Positions 53,708 through 63,594 are shown, counted from the first letter of the stretch. The stretch: 64,000 nt of DNA from an uncultured Clostridia bacterium (GCA_944387895.1 CALXGQ010000009.1:94056-158055), one strand, 5' to 3'. Notes: a model not told the origin generated them from the letters alone. Translations and numbers: made by a program.

Positions 53708-54427
53708 TTATTGAAAGGCCAGTAAAATCGGATTGATTTTATTGATGTTTTTCAGCAGAATCGTCTGATCCAGTTCCTCTACGGAAAGGAGGATATTTCC
53801 GCACGCCAGACCGTATATGACCGCGCCCAGCACCATCACAATCAAGATGGCGCGGATCACGCCGAAAATGATACCGCCGACGCGGTTGAAGCTTTTCCCG
53901 AAGGGCAGCATCTGAAACACCGCGTTCAGCAAATGCATCACGACAAACAAAAGAATGAAGAAAATCAGCGCCAGCCCAATCAGCGCCGCCGCCTTGCTGA
54001 CGGTGCTGCTGATCGGCTCTGCAATGGAAGCAATCAACTGATCCTTGGCCGCCGCCGAATCGCTTACCGCATTCTCCGCCTCGGCGATAATGGCGTCCAC
54101 GTCGACGTTGATGCTTTCCAGAAAGCTGCGAAGGCTATCCGGCATTTCCTTCAGCGTTTCCACTACGTCTACCGTTTCCAGCGCCTCGTCGTAGCTTTCG
54201 GATATGGAAGAGCCGTTGACGGCGGAAAGAACCGCGCTGTGAACCGCGGGGCCAATATATTCCCTGTCAAGCCAGTTGGCCACAGGAGTGCTGAACCAGA
54301 CCGCCAGTACCACGGCAAGAATCCCGCCGACCAGGGAAAACAACGTCTTGATCATCCCTTTTTTGTATGCCAGAAAAACCGAAAGCGCAACGATCGCTAT
54401 TATTAAAATATCCAAAACGATTGCCAT
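53708..54427 (-). CDS. CvpA-family membrane protein
   Basis: MAIVLDILIIAIVALSVFLAYKKGMIKTLFSLVGGILAVVLAVW is a typical CvpA N-terminus; four TMs. Confidence 0.72.
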   Translation of the reverse strand: MAIVLDILIIAIVALSVFLAYKKGMIKTLFSLVGGILAVVLAVWFSTPVANWLDREYIGPAVHSAVLSAVNGSSISESYDEALETVDVVETLKEMPDSLRSFLESINVDVDAIIAEAENAVSDSAAAKDQLIASIAEPISSTVSKAAALIGLALIFFILLFVVMHLLNAVFQMLPFGKSFNRVGGIIFGVIRAILIVMVLGAVIYGLACGNILLSVEELDQTILLKNINKINPILLAFQ

Positions 54428-54440
54428 AAGTATAGCCTCC

Positions 54441-55670
54441 TTAATTTACTACATTATATACACAGCCTGTTTCGCTTATAATCACCACCGCATTTTTCCC
54501 CATAAACGCAATGTTGATCGCGCGTTCGGGCTGGGATTCCCAAAGCTGGCTCCCGGACTGCTTATAAACGCCGCACTGCTGATTGCCGAGAACGGCAATG
54601 TTCATATCGCAATAATCGACCCGCACCGCATAGTAATCCAGCGTTACCGTATCCTGCACCTCGCCTTTTTCGTTGCAGACCACGATGGTGCCGTCGCCGT
54701 TTTCCGCCGCTGCGGTCACAAAAATATTTTTGGACGAATCATCCAGCGAATAGCATTGCAGCACCTGATTATCCAGAAGATACCGGCCGATTTCCTCCCC
54801 GCCGGTATTCAGCGCGGCCATCCCCCAGCTGAACAATCCGCAGATCGTGCCGTTTTTCTTGGCGGAAAGCTGAATACACGGCTCTTCGCCGAAAGAAACC
54901 GTCCACTGCATCTCTTCCCTGCTGAGCTTAAAATAAAGGATTTCCGAAAGGATCTCCGAGCCGTCTATATTCAGCGCGGAAACAGCCAGCCCCTTCTGAT
55001 CGGCCGTAACTACCGCATCCAGAATGTATCGGCTGAGGCTTTGATAACGATAGATTTCCCGATAGGAGGAGTCAAATACATAAACCTTCGCCAGATAGCC
55101 GTCGCCTTCGGTCACAACTGCGATATATCCGCTGTCATTCATCCTGGCGGTAATGATCGGATCATCCATCTGCGTTTCAAAAAGCACCGAAAAGGAATCT
55201 GTGACCATCAAACCGGTTCCGCCGCTGTCGTATACCATCACGTTGCTGGCATTGGCCGTAATCACCGGCTCCCGATAGCCCAGCGCGGTGTTCTGAAACT
55301 CTGTTCCATTCTTATCGGTAATGATCAGCTTCTCTACCGTCGCGTGCGCAAAACCGTCTTTATAGACCACCGTTTCGCCGGAGCTGCCGGTATCAAAATA
55401 GACCTCGCCGTCTACTGCGGTGGAAGTTGAAAAACCAATATTGATTTTGGCAAGCAGACGCCGGAGATTATCACCGCTGATCTGCTCCCGGTTCGAAAAC
55501 AGGAAGATCAGCGCCACCAGTACCATAATCAGAAGCAGCAGATATCGAACATATTTTATCGTCGTACGCGCTCTGGGCGCAGGCTGGGCGGCATCCAACC
55601 CGGCATGCAGTTCTTCGCCCAGCTGCTCTTCACCGCTCAGATTTTCTTCGTCATTGGGATTCCGATTCAT
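54441..55670 (-). CDS. Membrane-anchored hypothetical protein with beta-propeller-like repeats (possibly DUF5711-type)
   Basis: Start MNRNPND (ATG 55670) overlaps the truA stop by 20 nt. One TM (YLLLLIMVLVALIFLF), then repeated beta-strand-rich units. The ORF's longer N-terminus lies inside truA. Confidence 0.5.
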   Translation of the reverse strand: MNRNPNDEENLSGEEQLGEELHAGLDAAQPAPRARTTIKYVRYLLLLIMVLVALIFLFSNREQISGDNLRRLLAKINIGFSTSTAVDGEVYFDTGSSGETVVYKDGFAHATVEKLIITDKNGTEFQNTALGYREPVITANASNVMVYDSGGTGLMVTDSFSVLFETQMDDPIITARMNDSGYIAVVTEGDGYLAKVYVFDSSYREIYRYQSLSRYILDAVVTADQKGLAVSALNIDGSEILSEILYFKLSREEMQWTVSFGEEPCIQLSAKKNGTICGLFSWGMAALNTGGEEIGRYLLDNQVLQCYSLDDSSKNIFVTAAAENGDGTIVVCNEKGEVQDTVTLDYYAVRVDYCDMNIAVLGNQQCGVYKQSGSQLWESQPERAINIAFMGKNAVVIISETGCVYNVVN

Positions 55671-56424
55671 GGGGCACCTCCTCCCTTTTGTAGTACACTT
55701 TTTTAAGATACAGCCCGTAAGCAGGCATTGTTTTGCCGCAGGCGGAACGATCCCCCGCTTCGATGATGGACGACAGCGCCGCCGCATCGATTCTTCCGGC
55801 TGATACAAACAGGAGCGTGCCCGCCATGATCCGCACCATGTTATAAAGAAATCCGTCGCCCACCACCCGAAAAGTCACGTCGGCGCCCTGGCGCTCTACG
55901 CTGCTGAAAAAAATGGTGCGCACCGTATCCTCAATTTTGGAGCCGGCGGACATGAAGGCTCTGAAATCATGCCTGCCCATAAAATGCCCGGCGGCACGGT
56001 TCATGGCCGCGGCATCAAGACCATGAGGCTCATAAAAGGCCAGCCCCTGTTTGAAGGGATCCGGCGCGGATCCATCGTAGAACCGATAGAGGTACTCCTT
56101 GGCGACCGCATGGTAACGGGGATGAAAATCCTCCGGCACCTCCTCGCAGGAAAGGACGCTGATGCTGCGCGGTAAAACCGCGTTGAGGGCAAAGGGGATC
56201 CGTTTGAGCTCCATGGAACGGGGCGGATCAAAGCACAGGCAGTATTCCAGCGCGTGAACGCCGCTGTCCGTCCGGCTGCATCCGGTGATCCCCACGCGGG
56301 CGCCGAATATTTCTTCAACGGCGTCCTGCATCTGTTCCTGAACCGATTTGCCATTTTTCTGTACCTGCCAGCCAACATAACCGGCGCCGTTGTATCGAAT
56401 TTTCAAAAGTAGTTTCTGCGGCAT
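55651..56424 (-). CDS. truA: tRNA pseudouridine(38-40) synthase
   Basis: YNGAGYVGWQVQ, GCSRTDSGVHA and GDGFLYNMVRIMAGTL. Confidence 0.93.
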   Translation of the reverse strand: MPQKLLLKIRYNGAGYVGWQVQKNGKSVQEQMQDAVEEIFGARVGITGCSRTDSGVHALEYCLCFDPPRSMELKRIPFALNAVLPRSISVLSCEEVPEDFHPRYHAVAKEYLYRFYDGSAPDPFKQGLAFYEPHGLDAAAMNRAAGHFMGRHDFRAFMSAGSKIEDTVRTIFFSSVERQGADVTFRVVGDGFLYNMVRIMAGTLLFVSAGRIDAAALSSIIEAGDRSACGKTMPAYGLYLKKVYYKREEVPHESESQ

Positions 56425-56428
56425 TGTT

Positions 56429-57241
56429 TTAAAATATCACCATCAATATAATCAGGCTCAGCGCTGCCAGCATCAGGGCAAGCGCCACCCAGTCGCGCCA
56501 GCTGAAAGAATAGACCTTATACCGCGTGCGTCCCTCGCCGCCGTGATAGCAGCGGCATTCCATGGCGTCTGCCAGCTCTTCCGCCCTGCGGAACGCAGAA
56601 ATCAGAAGAGGGATCAGGATCGGCACCAGCGCCCGGGCCCGGCGGACGATGTTGCCTGTTTCAAAATCTGCGCCCCGCGCCTTCTGGGCGTTGATGATCT
56701 TATCGGTTTCGTCGATCAGCGTTGGAATAAACCGCAGCGCAATGGTCATCATCATGGCAAGCTCGTGCACCGGGATGCGCAGCACCTTTAAGGGACGGAA
56801 CAGCCGCTCCATGGCGTCGGTCAGCATGACCGGGCTGGTGGTATAGGTCAGATAAGAGGTTCCCAAAATCAGCAGGATGATCCGGATGATCATGAAAAGC
56901 GCGTTGCGCACGCCCTCGGCCTTGAGCCACCCCAGCCAGGATATGCCGGGAAAGAGCGGCTCGCCCCCGCCATACAGAATATTGAAAAAAGCAGTAAAAA
57001 CAATGATGAATATCAGCGATTTCAGGCCGCGGAACACCACCCGCAGAGAGATCCCGGAAAAGGCAACCACCAGCCCCATCAGCGCACCAATCACCAGAAA
57101 GCCCCAAAAGTCGGGAACCAGAAAAAGCGCCACAACATAGAGAAGCGTCAGCAGCAGCTTCATTCGCGGATCCAGGCGGTGAACAAAGGAATTTCCCGGA
57201 AAAAACTGACCGATGGTCACATCCTTAAGCATGCTGATCAC
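56429..57241 (-). CDS. ecfT: ECF transporter transmembrane (T) component
   Basis: SFVHRLDPRMKLL, ALRFIPTL..ETDKIINAQKARGADF (the two Ala-Arg-Gly coupling helices). Confidence 0.9.
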   Translation of the reverse strand: MISMLKDVTIGQFFPGNSFVHRLDPRMKLLLTLLYVVALFLVPDFWGFLVIGALMGLVVAFSGISLRVVFRGLKSLIFIIVFTAFFNILYGGGEPLFPGISWLGWLKAEGVRNALFMIIRIILLILGTSYLTYTTSPVMLTDAMERLFRPLKVLRIPVHELAMMMTIALRFIPTLIDETDKIINAQKARGADFETGNIVRRARALVPILIPLLISAFRRAEELADAMECRCYHGGEGRTRYKVYSFSWRDWVALALMLAALSLIILMVIF

Positions 57242-58091
57242 CGTCCTTCCCCAGCAGCCGCATCAGCTCGGCCTTGCCCTGCTCGATTGTATAAACATTG
57301 CGGGAAACCGGATATCCCTTTTCCTGAAGCGCAATGAAAACCTTGGTGATATGGGGGACGTCCAGACCCATCTGAATCAATTCCTCCGTCCGATCAAAAA
57401 CCTCCGAAACCGATGCGTGCATGGCGCACCGGCCGTGGTTCATCACGAGAATGGAATTGGTATTGCGGCTGATATCCTCCATGGAATGAGAGACCAGCAG
57501 AACCGTGCTCCGGGTTTCCCTGTGATAGTCCCGGATCCGGCTGAGAATCTCATCTCTGCCGCGGGGGTCCAATCCGGCGGCAGGCTCATCTAAAATCAGC
57601 ACCTTTGGCTCCAGCGCCATCACGCCGGCAATGGCCACCCGCCTTTTCTGCCCGCCGGAAAGATCAAAGGGAGATTTTTCCAGAATCGAGCGACTCAGCC
57701 CCACAAAATCCAACGCTTTCTTTACTCTTTTATCAATTTCTTCGCCGGAAAGACCCATGTTTTTGGGGCCGAAGGCGATATCCTTATAAACCGTTTCTTC
57801 AAAAAGCTGATGCTCCGGATATTGAAAGACCAGGCCGACGTCGAACCGGGTTTGAATACGGGTTTTCTTTTCCTCGCTCCAAAGATCATGCCCATCGATC
57901 AGGATCCGCCCGGAAGTGGGCTTCAGAATCGCGTTGAAATGGGAGATCAGCGTGCTTTTCCCGGACCCGGTATGCCCGATCACGCCAACATAGTCGCCCT
58001 TCTCGATATGGATATTGATATCCTCGATCGCCGTGATTTCAAAGGGCGTACCGATGCCGTAGGTATAGGTGAGATGCTCTGTTTTGATCAT
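57225..58091 (-). CDS. ecfA2: ECF transporter ATPase EcfA2
   Basis: GHTGSGKSTL, LSGGQKRRVAIAGV, ILDEPAAGLDP. Operon order is ecfA1-ecfA2-ecfT-truA. Confidence 0.9.
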   Translation of the reverse strand: MIKTEHLTYTYGIGTPFEITAIEDINIHIEKGDYVGVIGHTGSGKSTLISHFNAILKPTSGRILIDGHDLWSEEKKTRIQTRFDVGLVFQYPEHQLFEETVYKDIAFGPKNMGLSGEEIDKRVKKALDFVGLSRSILEKSPFDLSGGQKRRVAIAGVMALEPKVLILDEPAAGLDPRGRDEILSRIRDYHRETRSTVLLVSHSMEDISRNTNSILVMNHGRCAMHASVSEVFDRTEELIQMGLDVPHITKVFIALQEKGYPVSRNVYTIEQGKAELMRLLGKDGDQHA

Positions 58092-58945
58092 TTTTTGGCA
58101 CCTCCCAGCATTTTTTCAAGAACCTCCAGGCATTCCTCCACGCTCAAAACAGCGATGGGAACCTTGATATCCTCCTGCCTGAGAGCAAACATCAGCTCCG
58201 CGGTCTGAGGAACATCCAGCGAAAGGCTGTGCAGCAGGCCGACATTCTGAAAAACCTCCCGGGGCGTGCCGTCCAGAATGATTTCTCCCTCCCCCATTAC
58301 AACGACGCGATCCGCCTGAACGGCCTCGTCCATATAATGGGTGATCAGCACCACCGTGATTCCCTGCTCCCGGTTAAGGCGCCGAATGGTTTTCATCACT
58401 TCCCTGCGTCCCTGGGGATCCAGCATGGCGGTCGGCTCATCCAAAACAATGCACCGGGGACGCATCGCCAGAACGCCTGCGATCGCCACCCGCTGTTTTT
58501 GCCCGCCGGAAAGGCGGTGCGGCGCATGATGGCGGTATTTTGTCATCCCAACCAGTTCCAGCGCTTCATCCACGCGCTGCACCATCTCCGGATAGGGTAC
58601 GCCCAGATTCTCCAGCGCAAAGGCCACATCCTCGTCCACAACCGTTGCGATCAGCTGATTATCCGGATTCTGAAACACCATCCCCACATTCCGGCGGATC
58701 TCCAGCAGATTCTGCTCCTCCGACGCGTCCATATTCATCACTTTCACACTTCCGCTTTCCGCTTTCAGCAGTCCGTTGAAATGCTTGGCAAGGGTGCTCT
58801 TCCCGCAGCCGTTATGGCCGAGTATCGCCAAAAATTCCCCTTCCTCGATGTCCAGAGAAACGTCGTGAAGCGCCGGACTTGATGGATTTCCATCTTCCTC
58901 AGGATAGGAAAAACTCAATTGTGAAACTTCAATGATTTTTGCCAT
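58088..58945 (-). CDS. ecfA1: ECF transporter ATPase EcfA1
   Basis: GHNGCGKSTL, LSGGQKQRVAIAGV, VLDEPTAMLDP. Confidence 0.9.
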   Translation of the reverse strand: MAKIIEVSQLSFSYPEEDGNPSSPALHDVSLDIEEGEFLAILGHNGCGKSTLAKHFNGLLKAESGSVKVMNMDASEEQNLLEIRRNVGMVFQNPDNQLIATVVDEDVAFALENLGVPYPEMVQRVDEALELVGMTKYRHHAPHRLSGGQKQRVAIAGVLAMRPRCIVLDEPTAMLDPQGRREVMKTIRRLNREQGITVVLITHYMDEAVQADRVVVMGEGEIILDGTPREVFQNVGLLHSLSLDVPQTAELMFALRQEDIKVPIAVLSVEECLEVLEKMLGGAKK

Positions 58946-59809
58946 TTAATCCTCCGAGAGCCATCGTGCTGCCGATCCGGACGGAAAATCCATTCCATCG
59001 GCTGTGCGCAGCCCGATCTCTCCGCTTTCAAAGCGGCCGCCGAGCCCTTTCGGGAGCGTCAGCCGCAGAAGATACTCCATTACCGCCGCAGAAAGGCCGG
59101 TGGAATAGGAGTTCAGAACAAAAAACAAAGGCCGCGGCGATAGCAGCCGCATAACCCGCGTCATAAGCGGATAAAGGGTTTCCTCCAGCTGCCAGACCTC
59201 ACCGCCCGGTCCGCGCCCGTAGGAAGGGGGATCCATGACAATGCCGTCGTAGCGATTCCCGCGGCGGTTTTCCCGCTCCACAAATTTCATGCAGTCGTCC
59301 ACCAGATAGCGGATCGGGCGGTCGGCCACGCCGCAGAGAACGGCGTTTTCCTTTGCCCACTGCACCATACCCTTGGACGCGTCCACATGAACCACCGAAG
59401 CGCCTTCCCTGGCGCAGGCCATCGTGGCGCCGCCGGTATAGGCAAAAAGATTCAAAACCTTCACAGGTCGGCCGGCTTTGCGGATCTGCTCCCGCATAAA
59501 ATCCCAATTGACCGCCTGCTCCGGAAAAATGCCCGTATGCTTGAAATTCATGGGTTTGACCTGAAAGGTCAGATCCCGGTAGCTGATTTTCCAGCTTTCA
59601 GGGAGCGACCGGATCTCCCAATGCCCGCCACCGCTGCCGGAGCGATGATAAACGGCGTTGGGCGCTTTCCAGCCCTCATGCCTTTTTGCGCTCTGCCAAA
59701 TCGCCTGCGGATCGGGCCGCACCAGAATATAATTTCCCCAGCGCTCCAGCCGCGCGCCGCCGGAGGTATCCAGAAGCGCGTAATCTTTCCATTGGTCTGC
59801 AATCCACAT
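58946..59809 (-). CDS. Class I SAM-dependent (rRNA-type, PF10672-like) methyltransferase
   Basis: LNLFAYTGGATMACA, HVDASKG, and DGIVMDPPSYGRG. Confidence 0.72.
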   Translation of the reverse strand: MWIADQWKDYALLDTSGGARLERWGNYILVRPDPQAIWQSAKRHEGWKAPNAVYHRSGSGGGHWEIRSLPESWKISYRDLTFQVKPMNFKHTGIFPEQAVNWDFMREQIRKAGRPVKVLNLFAYTGGATMACAREGASVVHVDASKGMVQWAKENAVLCGVADRPIRYLVDDCMKFVERENRRGNRYDGIVMDPPSYGRGPGGEVWQLEETLYPLMTRVMRLLSPRPLFFVLNSYSTGLSAAVMEYLLRLTLPKGLGGRFESGEIGLRTADGMDFPSGSAARWLSED

Positions 59810-59814
59810 AACAT

Positions 59815-60858
59815 TTACTCCTCAAAGCGCATCTGCGCCGGCTGCTCCGGATCCGGATTCAGGCCGAGATGCCGGTATGCGTTCGGCGTAACCATCCGCC
59901 CCCGCGGAGTACGCGATAAAAAACCGATTTGCAGCAGATACGGCTCGTAGACATCCTCCAGCGTTATCGCCTCTTCGCCGATGGTAGCCGCCAGCGTTTC
60001 CAGCCCGACCGGGCCGCCGCCGAAATTGCCGATGATGCTTTCCAGCATCCGACGGTCGATGGCGTCCAGCCCGAGATAGTCAATTTCCTGCGCCTGCAGC
60101 GCAAGATCTGCGATCTCCCGGGTGATCATCCCGTCGCCCTTTACCTCGGCAAAGTCCCGGACGCGCTTTAAAAGGCGGTTGACAATCCGCGGCGTTCCGC
60201 GGGACCGCTTTGCAATTTCCATGGCGCCTTCCGGCTCGATCGGGATCCCCAGGATCCCGGCCGAACGCAGAACGATATCCCGGAGCTCTTCCGGCTGATA
60301 TAGTTCCAGCCGGGCAAGAACGCCGAACCGGTCGCGCAGCGGCGCGGAGATCTGGCCCGCGCGGGTCGTTGCCCCGATCAGGGTAAAGCGCGGCAGGTCC
60401 AGACGGATGCTCCGCGCCGAAGGCCCCTTCCCGATGATGATATCAACGGCATAATCCTCCATCGCCGGATAAAGAACCTCTTCTACCGCCCGGGACAAAC
60501 GGTGGATCTCATCGATAAACAGGACGTCGCCGGGCTGAAGATTGGTGATCAGGGACGCCAGATCCCCCGGTTTTTCGATGGCAGGCCCGGAGGTGATCCG
60601 CAGATTGACGCCCATCTCATTGGCAATGATCCCCGCCAGCGTTGTTTTGCCCAGTCCGGGCGGCCCGTAAAGGAGGCAGTGATCCAGGCTTTCGCCCCGT
60701 TTTTTTGCCGCTTCGATATAAATTTTCAGATTTTCCTTCGCTTTGTTCTGGCCGATGTAATCCTCCATCCGATGGGGGCGCAGCGACGATTCGATTTCGC
60801 TATCCTCCCCGGTGAAGGTGGTAGAAACAATGCGATTCTCAAAATCACTTTCAATCAT
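59815..60858 (-). CDS. ruvB: Holliday junction branch-migration helicase RuvB
   Basis: [33 protein letters not shown] and GATTRAG. Confidence 0.97.
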   Translation of the reverse strand: MIESDFENRIVSTTFTGEDSEIESSLRPHRMEDYIGQNKAKENLKIYIEAAKKRGESLDHCLLYGPPGLGKTTLAGIIANEMGVNLRITSGPAIEKPGDLASLITNLQPGDVLFIDEIHRLSRAVEEVLYPAMEDYAVDIIIGKGPSARSIRLDLPRFTLIGATTRAGQISAPLRDRFGVLARLELYQPEELRDIVLRSAGILGIPIEPEGAMEIAKRSRGTPRIVNRLLKRVRDFAEVKGDGMITREIADLALQAQEIDYLGLDAIDRRMLESIIGNFGGGPVGLETLAATIGEEAITLEDVYEPYLLQIGFLSRTPRGRMVTPNAYRHLGLNPDPEQPAQMRFEE

Positions 60859-61454
60859 TGATTAAATCCTTTCAGAGCCTGCGTGATTGCCTGCTCAACC
60901 GTCATGGCATCGAGATCCAGGCCGTTCAGCGCGTGCCTGGCTTCCGGCTGGGTAAACCCGAGCGCCATCAAAGCCTCCATCGCCTCCAGACTCTTGGAGG
61001 CGGTTCCCTGCCGGGGCATGGAAGCGCTTTGATTGACCTGCAGAGCCGACATTCCCTTGAATTTGTCCTTCAGCTCCAAAACAAGCCGTTCCGCCGCCTT
61101 GGGCCCAACGCCCCGGGCGCGGGTGATATTCGCCTTATCTCCCATCATCACGCTGGCGGCAAGCTCATCCGGCGTCAGCTCCGAGAGGATCGCCAGCGCG
61201 CCCTTCGGCCCGATGCCGGAAACATTGATGATCATCCGAAAGCAATCCCTTTCATCGGGATCCGGAAAGCCGTAAAGCTCTATGGCGTCCTCCCGGATTA
61301 CCATGTGGATGTATAAAAATGCGTCGGCGCCCTCTGCGCTCAGCTGATCCAGACCATGGCGCGAAAGAAATACAAGAAAGCCGACCCCTCCGCTCTCCAG
61401 GATCACCGATTCGCCGCTTTTTTCCAAAATTTTTCCTCTCAAAGACGCGATCAT
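60855..61454 (-). CDS. ruvA: Holliday junction DNA-binding protein RuvA
   Basis: [14 protein letters not shown], two HhH motifs ([29 protein letters not shown]). Confidence 0.93.
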   Translation of the reverse strand: MIASLRGKILEKSGESVILESGGVGFLVFLSRHGLDQLSAEGADAFLYIHMVIREDAIELYGFPDPDERDCFRMIINVSGIGPKGALAILSELTPDELAASVMMGDKANITRARGVGPKAAERLVLELKDKFKGMSALQVNQSASMPRQGTASKSLEAMEALMALGFTQPEARHALNGLDLDAMTVEQAITQALKGFNQ

Positions 61455-61945
61455 AGATTCACCTTCAGCAAATTAGATTTGGAGCTGTGCGCATGGCAGA
61501 TCGCCAACGCCAGAGCGTCGGCGGCGTCGTCGGGCTTCGGGATCCGCTCCAGACCCAGAAGCTGGCGGGTCATATCCATCACCTGATGCTTTTCCGCCCG
61601 GCCGTAGCCCACCACGCTCTGCTTGACCTGCAGCGGCGTATATTCATATATTTCCACGCCCTTTTGACATCCGGCCAGCAGAATCACTCCCCGGGCGTGC
61701 CCTACCTGGATCCCGGTGGTGATATTGGTATTGAAAAAAAGCTCCTCCACCGCCATGCAGTCCGGCCGGTAACGGTCGCAGAGCTCGGTGATGCCTTCGT
61801 GGATGATTTGCAGGCGGCGCGGGAAATCCAGCCCGGCCTGCGTTGTTACCGCGCCATAGTCCATAACGCGGAACCTGCCGCGCAGATATTCCAAAACGCC
61901 GTATCCGATTGTGGCATAACCGGGATCAATGCCCAAAATGATCAT
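61451..61945 (-). CDS. ruvC: Crossover junction endodeoxyribonuclease RuvC
   Basis: MIILGIDPGYATIGYG, AVEELFF, and DAADALALAICH. Start at ATG 61945 rather than 61963, given the promoter position. Confidence 0.92.
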   Translation of the reverse strand: MIILGIDPGYATIGYGVLEYLRGRFRVMDYGAVTTQAGLDFPRRLQIIHEGITELCDRYRPDCMAVEELFFNTNITTGIQVGHARGVILLAGCQKGVEIYEYTPLQVKQSVVGYGRAEKHQVMDMTRQLLGLERIPKPDDAADALALAICHAHSSKSNLLKVNL

Positions 61946-61977
61946 AGTAATAAGAATCTCCATGCATATTTCAGTTT

Positions 61978-61986
61978 ATTATATCA
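61978..61986 (-). promoter_or_regulatory. Extended -10 promoter element (TGaTATAAT) for ruvCAB
   Basis: Minus strand reads ttgTGATATAATaaac with a weak TTTATT -35 element 17 nt upstream. Confidence 0.4.
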
Positions 61987-62073
61987 CAACCGCAAAATAA
62001 AATAAAGAGTTATCTTGATAAAATTCAAAAAATGTCCAAATTCCGCGCCGCCCGCAAAGCAGGCTCCCGGGCA

Positions 62074-62114
62074 GCAAAAAAGCGCCGGAGCTAAGAAAAT
62101 CTTTGCTCCGGCGC
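62074..62114 (-). terminator. Intrinsic terminator closing the kinase-PqqD-peptidase operon
   Basis: Minus strand reads gcgccggagc-aaagattttcttag-ctccggcgc followed by ttttttgctg. It lies 6 nt after the peptidase stop. Confidence 0.62.
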
Positions 62115-62119
62115 CGGCC

Positions 62120-62584
62120 TTAAAGCACCATGCTTCTTTTGATTTTACCGATGCATCGGCGAAGCAGAGCCTTGCTCCGCAAGATCGCCGCCCGCACCCA
62201 GAAAAAATCGCACCACAAGTGAACGTAAAACCGGTACCGGCGGTCTGAAACCTCTATGGTTTTCCCGTCCCGAACCACCGCCGAGAGAACGCCGAGGATC
62301 TGCTCGTCTGTGATTCCGTATTCCCGCTGCCAGCAATGATCGCCGCAGAGGACATAGTCGTTTTCCCGCACCTTCAGGATCCGGTGAAGGACATAGGAGC
62401 CGTCCTTCCGTTTATACAGCGCGACGTCATATTTCCCGCACCGCCCGGCCTGCTTTTTCTCCAGAACGATCAGATCACGTTTCTGGCGCAGAAGGGGGAG
62501 CATACTGGTGCCGACCTGGGTGAAAACCAGCTTCCCCCGGGCGTTCAGCTCCTCTTCATAGCTGATCAGATTACGCTCATTCAT
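62120..62584 (-). CDS. S24/S26-family serine peptidase (signal-peptidase/LexA-like fold)
   Basis: GTSMLPLL nucleophile motif, DLIVLEK..YDVALYKR, and HRILKV (candidate general-base Lys). Start MNERN at 62584 overlaps the PqqD stop (ATGAATGA). The ORF is open to 62629. Confidence 0.68.
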   Translation of the reverse strand: MNERNLISYEEELNARGKLVFTQVGTSMLPLLRQKRDLIVLEKKQAGRCGKYDVALYKRKDGSYVLHRILKVRENDYVLCGDHCWQREYGITDEQILGVLSAVVRDGKTIEVSDRRYRFYVHLWCDFFWVRAAILRSKALLRRCIGKIKRSMVL

Positions 62585-62843
62585 CCAACGCCTCAATTTC
62601 ACGCAGCTGATCCAGAACCCGGGCAACATCGCGATCCGCCGTTTGGCGATCTACTGCAAAGCGGTCGGTCACCGCTTCGGCGATTGCCTCCGGGGTCGTT
62701 TCCTTTTTCAGGCAATCGATCATAAAGGCCGCCGTGCGGTTGCTGCGCACCAGTCCGTGGAACCGCTCCGCCATCTCCCCCACGGCGATCATCAGCGATT
62801 CGCCGTCTGACTCGTGAATAACAAACCCTTCCTTGAGCTTCAT
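62577..62843 (-). CDS. PqqD-family (RiPP recognition element-like) small protein
   Basis: 88 aa. Pattern GESLMIAVGE...GLVRSNRTAAFMIDCLKKETTPEAIAEAVTDRFAVDRQTADRDVARVLDQLRE matches the PqqD winged-helix layout as I remember it. Confidence 0.68.
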   Translation of the reverse strand: MKLKEGFVIHESDGESLMIAVGEMAERFHGLVRSNRTAAFMIDCLKKETTPEAIAEAVTDRFAVDRQTADRDVARVLDQLREIEALDE

Positions 62844-63580
62844 TTTGCTTCATCCTCCCGGCGCTCCCGCGCCATTCCCGCATATGCCACTCTGGCCGCT
62901 TCCGGCTCCATATTGCATCCCAGCCGATAAAACCGCGTCCCCTTGGAAAAACGATCCAGCAGCTTCAAATAGCACGCCATCTTCTCCGCCCCGGCCGGGC
63001 GCTGGCTTTGCTCCAGCAGAACCGGCAGAGCCTCCCGCCCGGAAACCGGCTCGATATGATTGACCGTATCCCGGGTCAACAGACAAACGCCCCGCAGAGG
63101 AACGCTGATATTGCTGCTCAGCCGGTGCTTTCCATCCCAGGGCGTTCCGCAGACCCAAATGCCGTCCTCCGTTATTTTCAAAAGCGGCTTATCATCGTTG
63201 ACCATCTGAACGCGATCCCCAAAGACCGCGCGCCAGAGGGCGACGTGGGTTGATTTCCCGGTTCCGCTGGGGGCGGTGAACAGGTAGCCCGCGCCGTCCA
63301 GAGCGAGGGCGGAGCCGTGAAACAGCATGATATCCTCGCTCAGCAGACATTCCGCGATCTTTCGATACAGCGCCAGCTTTTCCAGATACGGCGCCAAAAA
63401 CGGGCGTGGCGGCGAGCCGCCGCGAAAAAAGGAGCGCTCCTTTTCAATCTCTTCCGGTGAAAGGGCGATCTGAAATGCAGCCGGTTCCTCGGTGATATAA
63501 TCCCGGCAAAAGTCCCGGGTTGATGGATAAACCGACGAAACCCCGAGAACCTTCCCGGCCAGTTTGATTCTAAATTCCAT
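62840..63580 (-). CDS. HPr-kinase-like P-loop protein (ScmC / lasso-precursor-kinase-like)
   Basis: 246 aa with LFHGSALALDGAGYLFTAPSGTGKSTH (Walker A) and VNDDKP..GTPWDGK. ATGA overlap with the PqqD gene; GGGGAG RBS. Confidence 0.6.
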   Translation of the reverse strand: MEFRIKLAGKVLGVSSVYPSTRDFCRDYITEEPAAFQIALSPEEIEKERSFFRGGSPPRPFLAPYLEKLALYRKIAECLLSEDIMLFHGSALALDGAGYLFTAPSGTGKSTHVALWRAVFGDRVQMVNDDKPLLKITEDGIWVCGTPWDGKHRLSSNISVPLRGVCLLTRDTVNHIEPVSGREALPVLLEQSQRPAGAEKMACYLKLLDRFSKGTRFYRLGCNMEPEAARVAYAGMARERREDEAK

Positions 63581-63594
63581 GCCGCTCCCCCAGC

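Noticed and set aside
55671-55808. A longer N-terminus (MYQPEESMRRRCRPSS...) for the 54441.. membrane protein.
   Set aside because: It would overlap truA by 158 nt and is Arg/Cys/Pro-rich. MNRNPND at 55670 gives a normal short overlap and a cytoplasmic head before the TM.
62015-62248. A 77-aa plus-strand ORF between ruvC and the peptidase gene, considered as a possible precursor peptide.
   Set aside because: It is on the wrong strand relative to the operon and spans the operon terminator hairpin and the peptidase 3' end. It has no RBS and is Ala/Pro/Lys low complexity.
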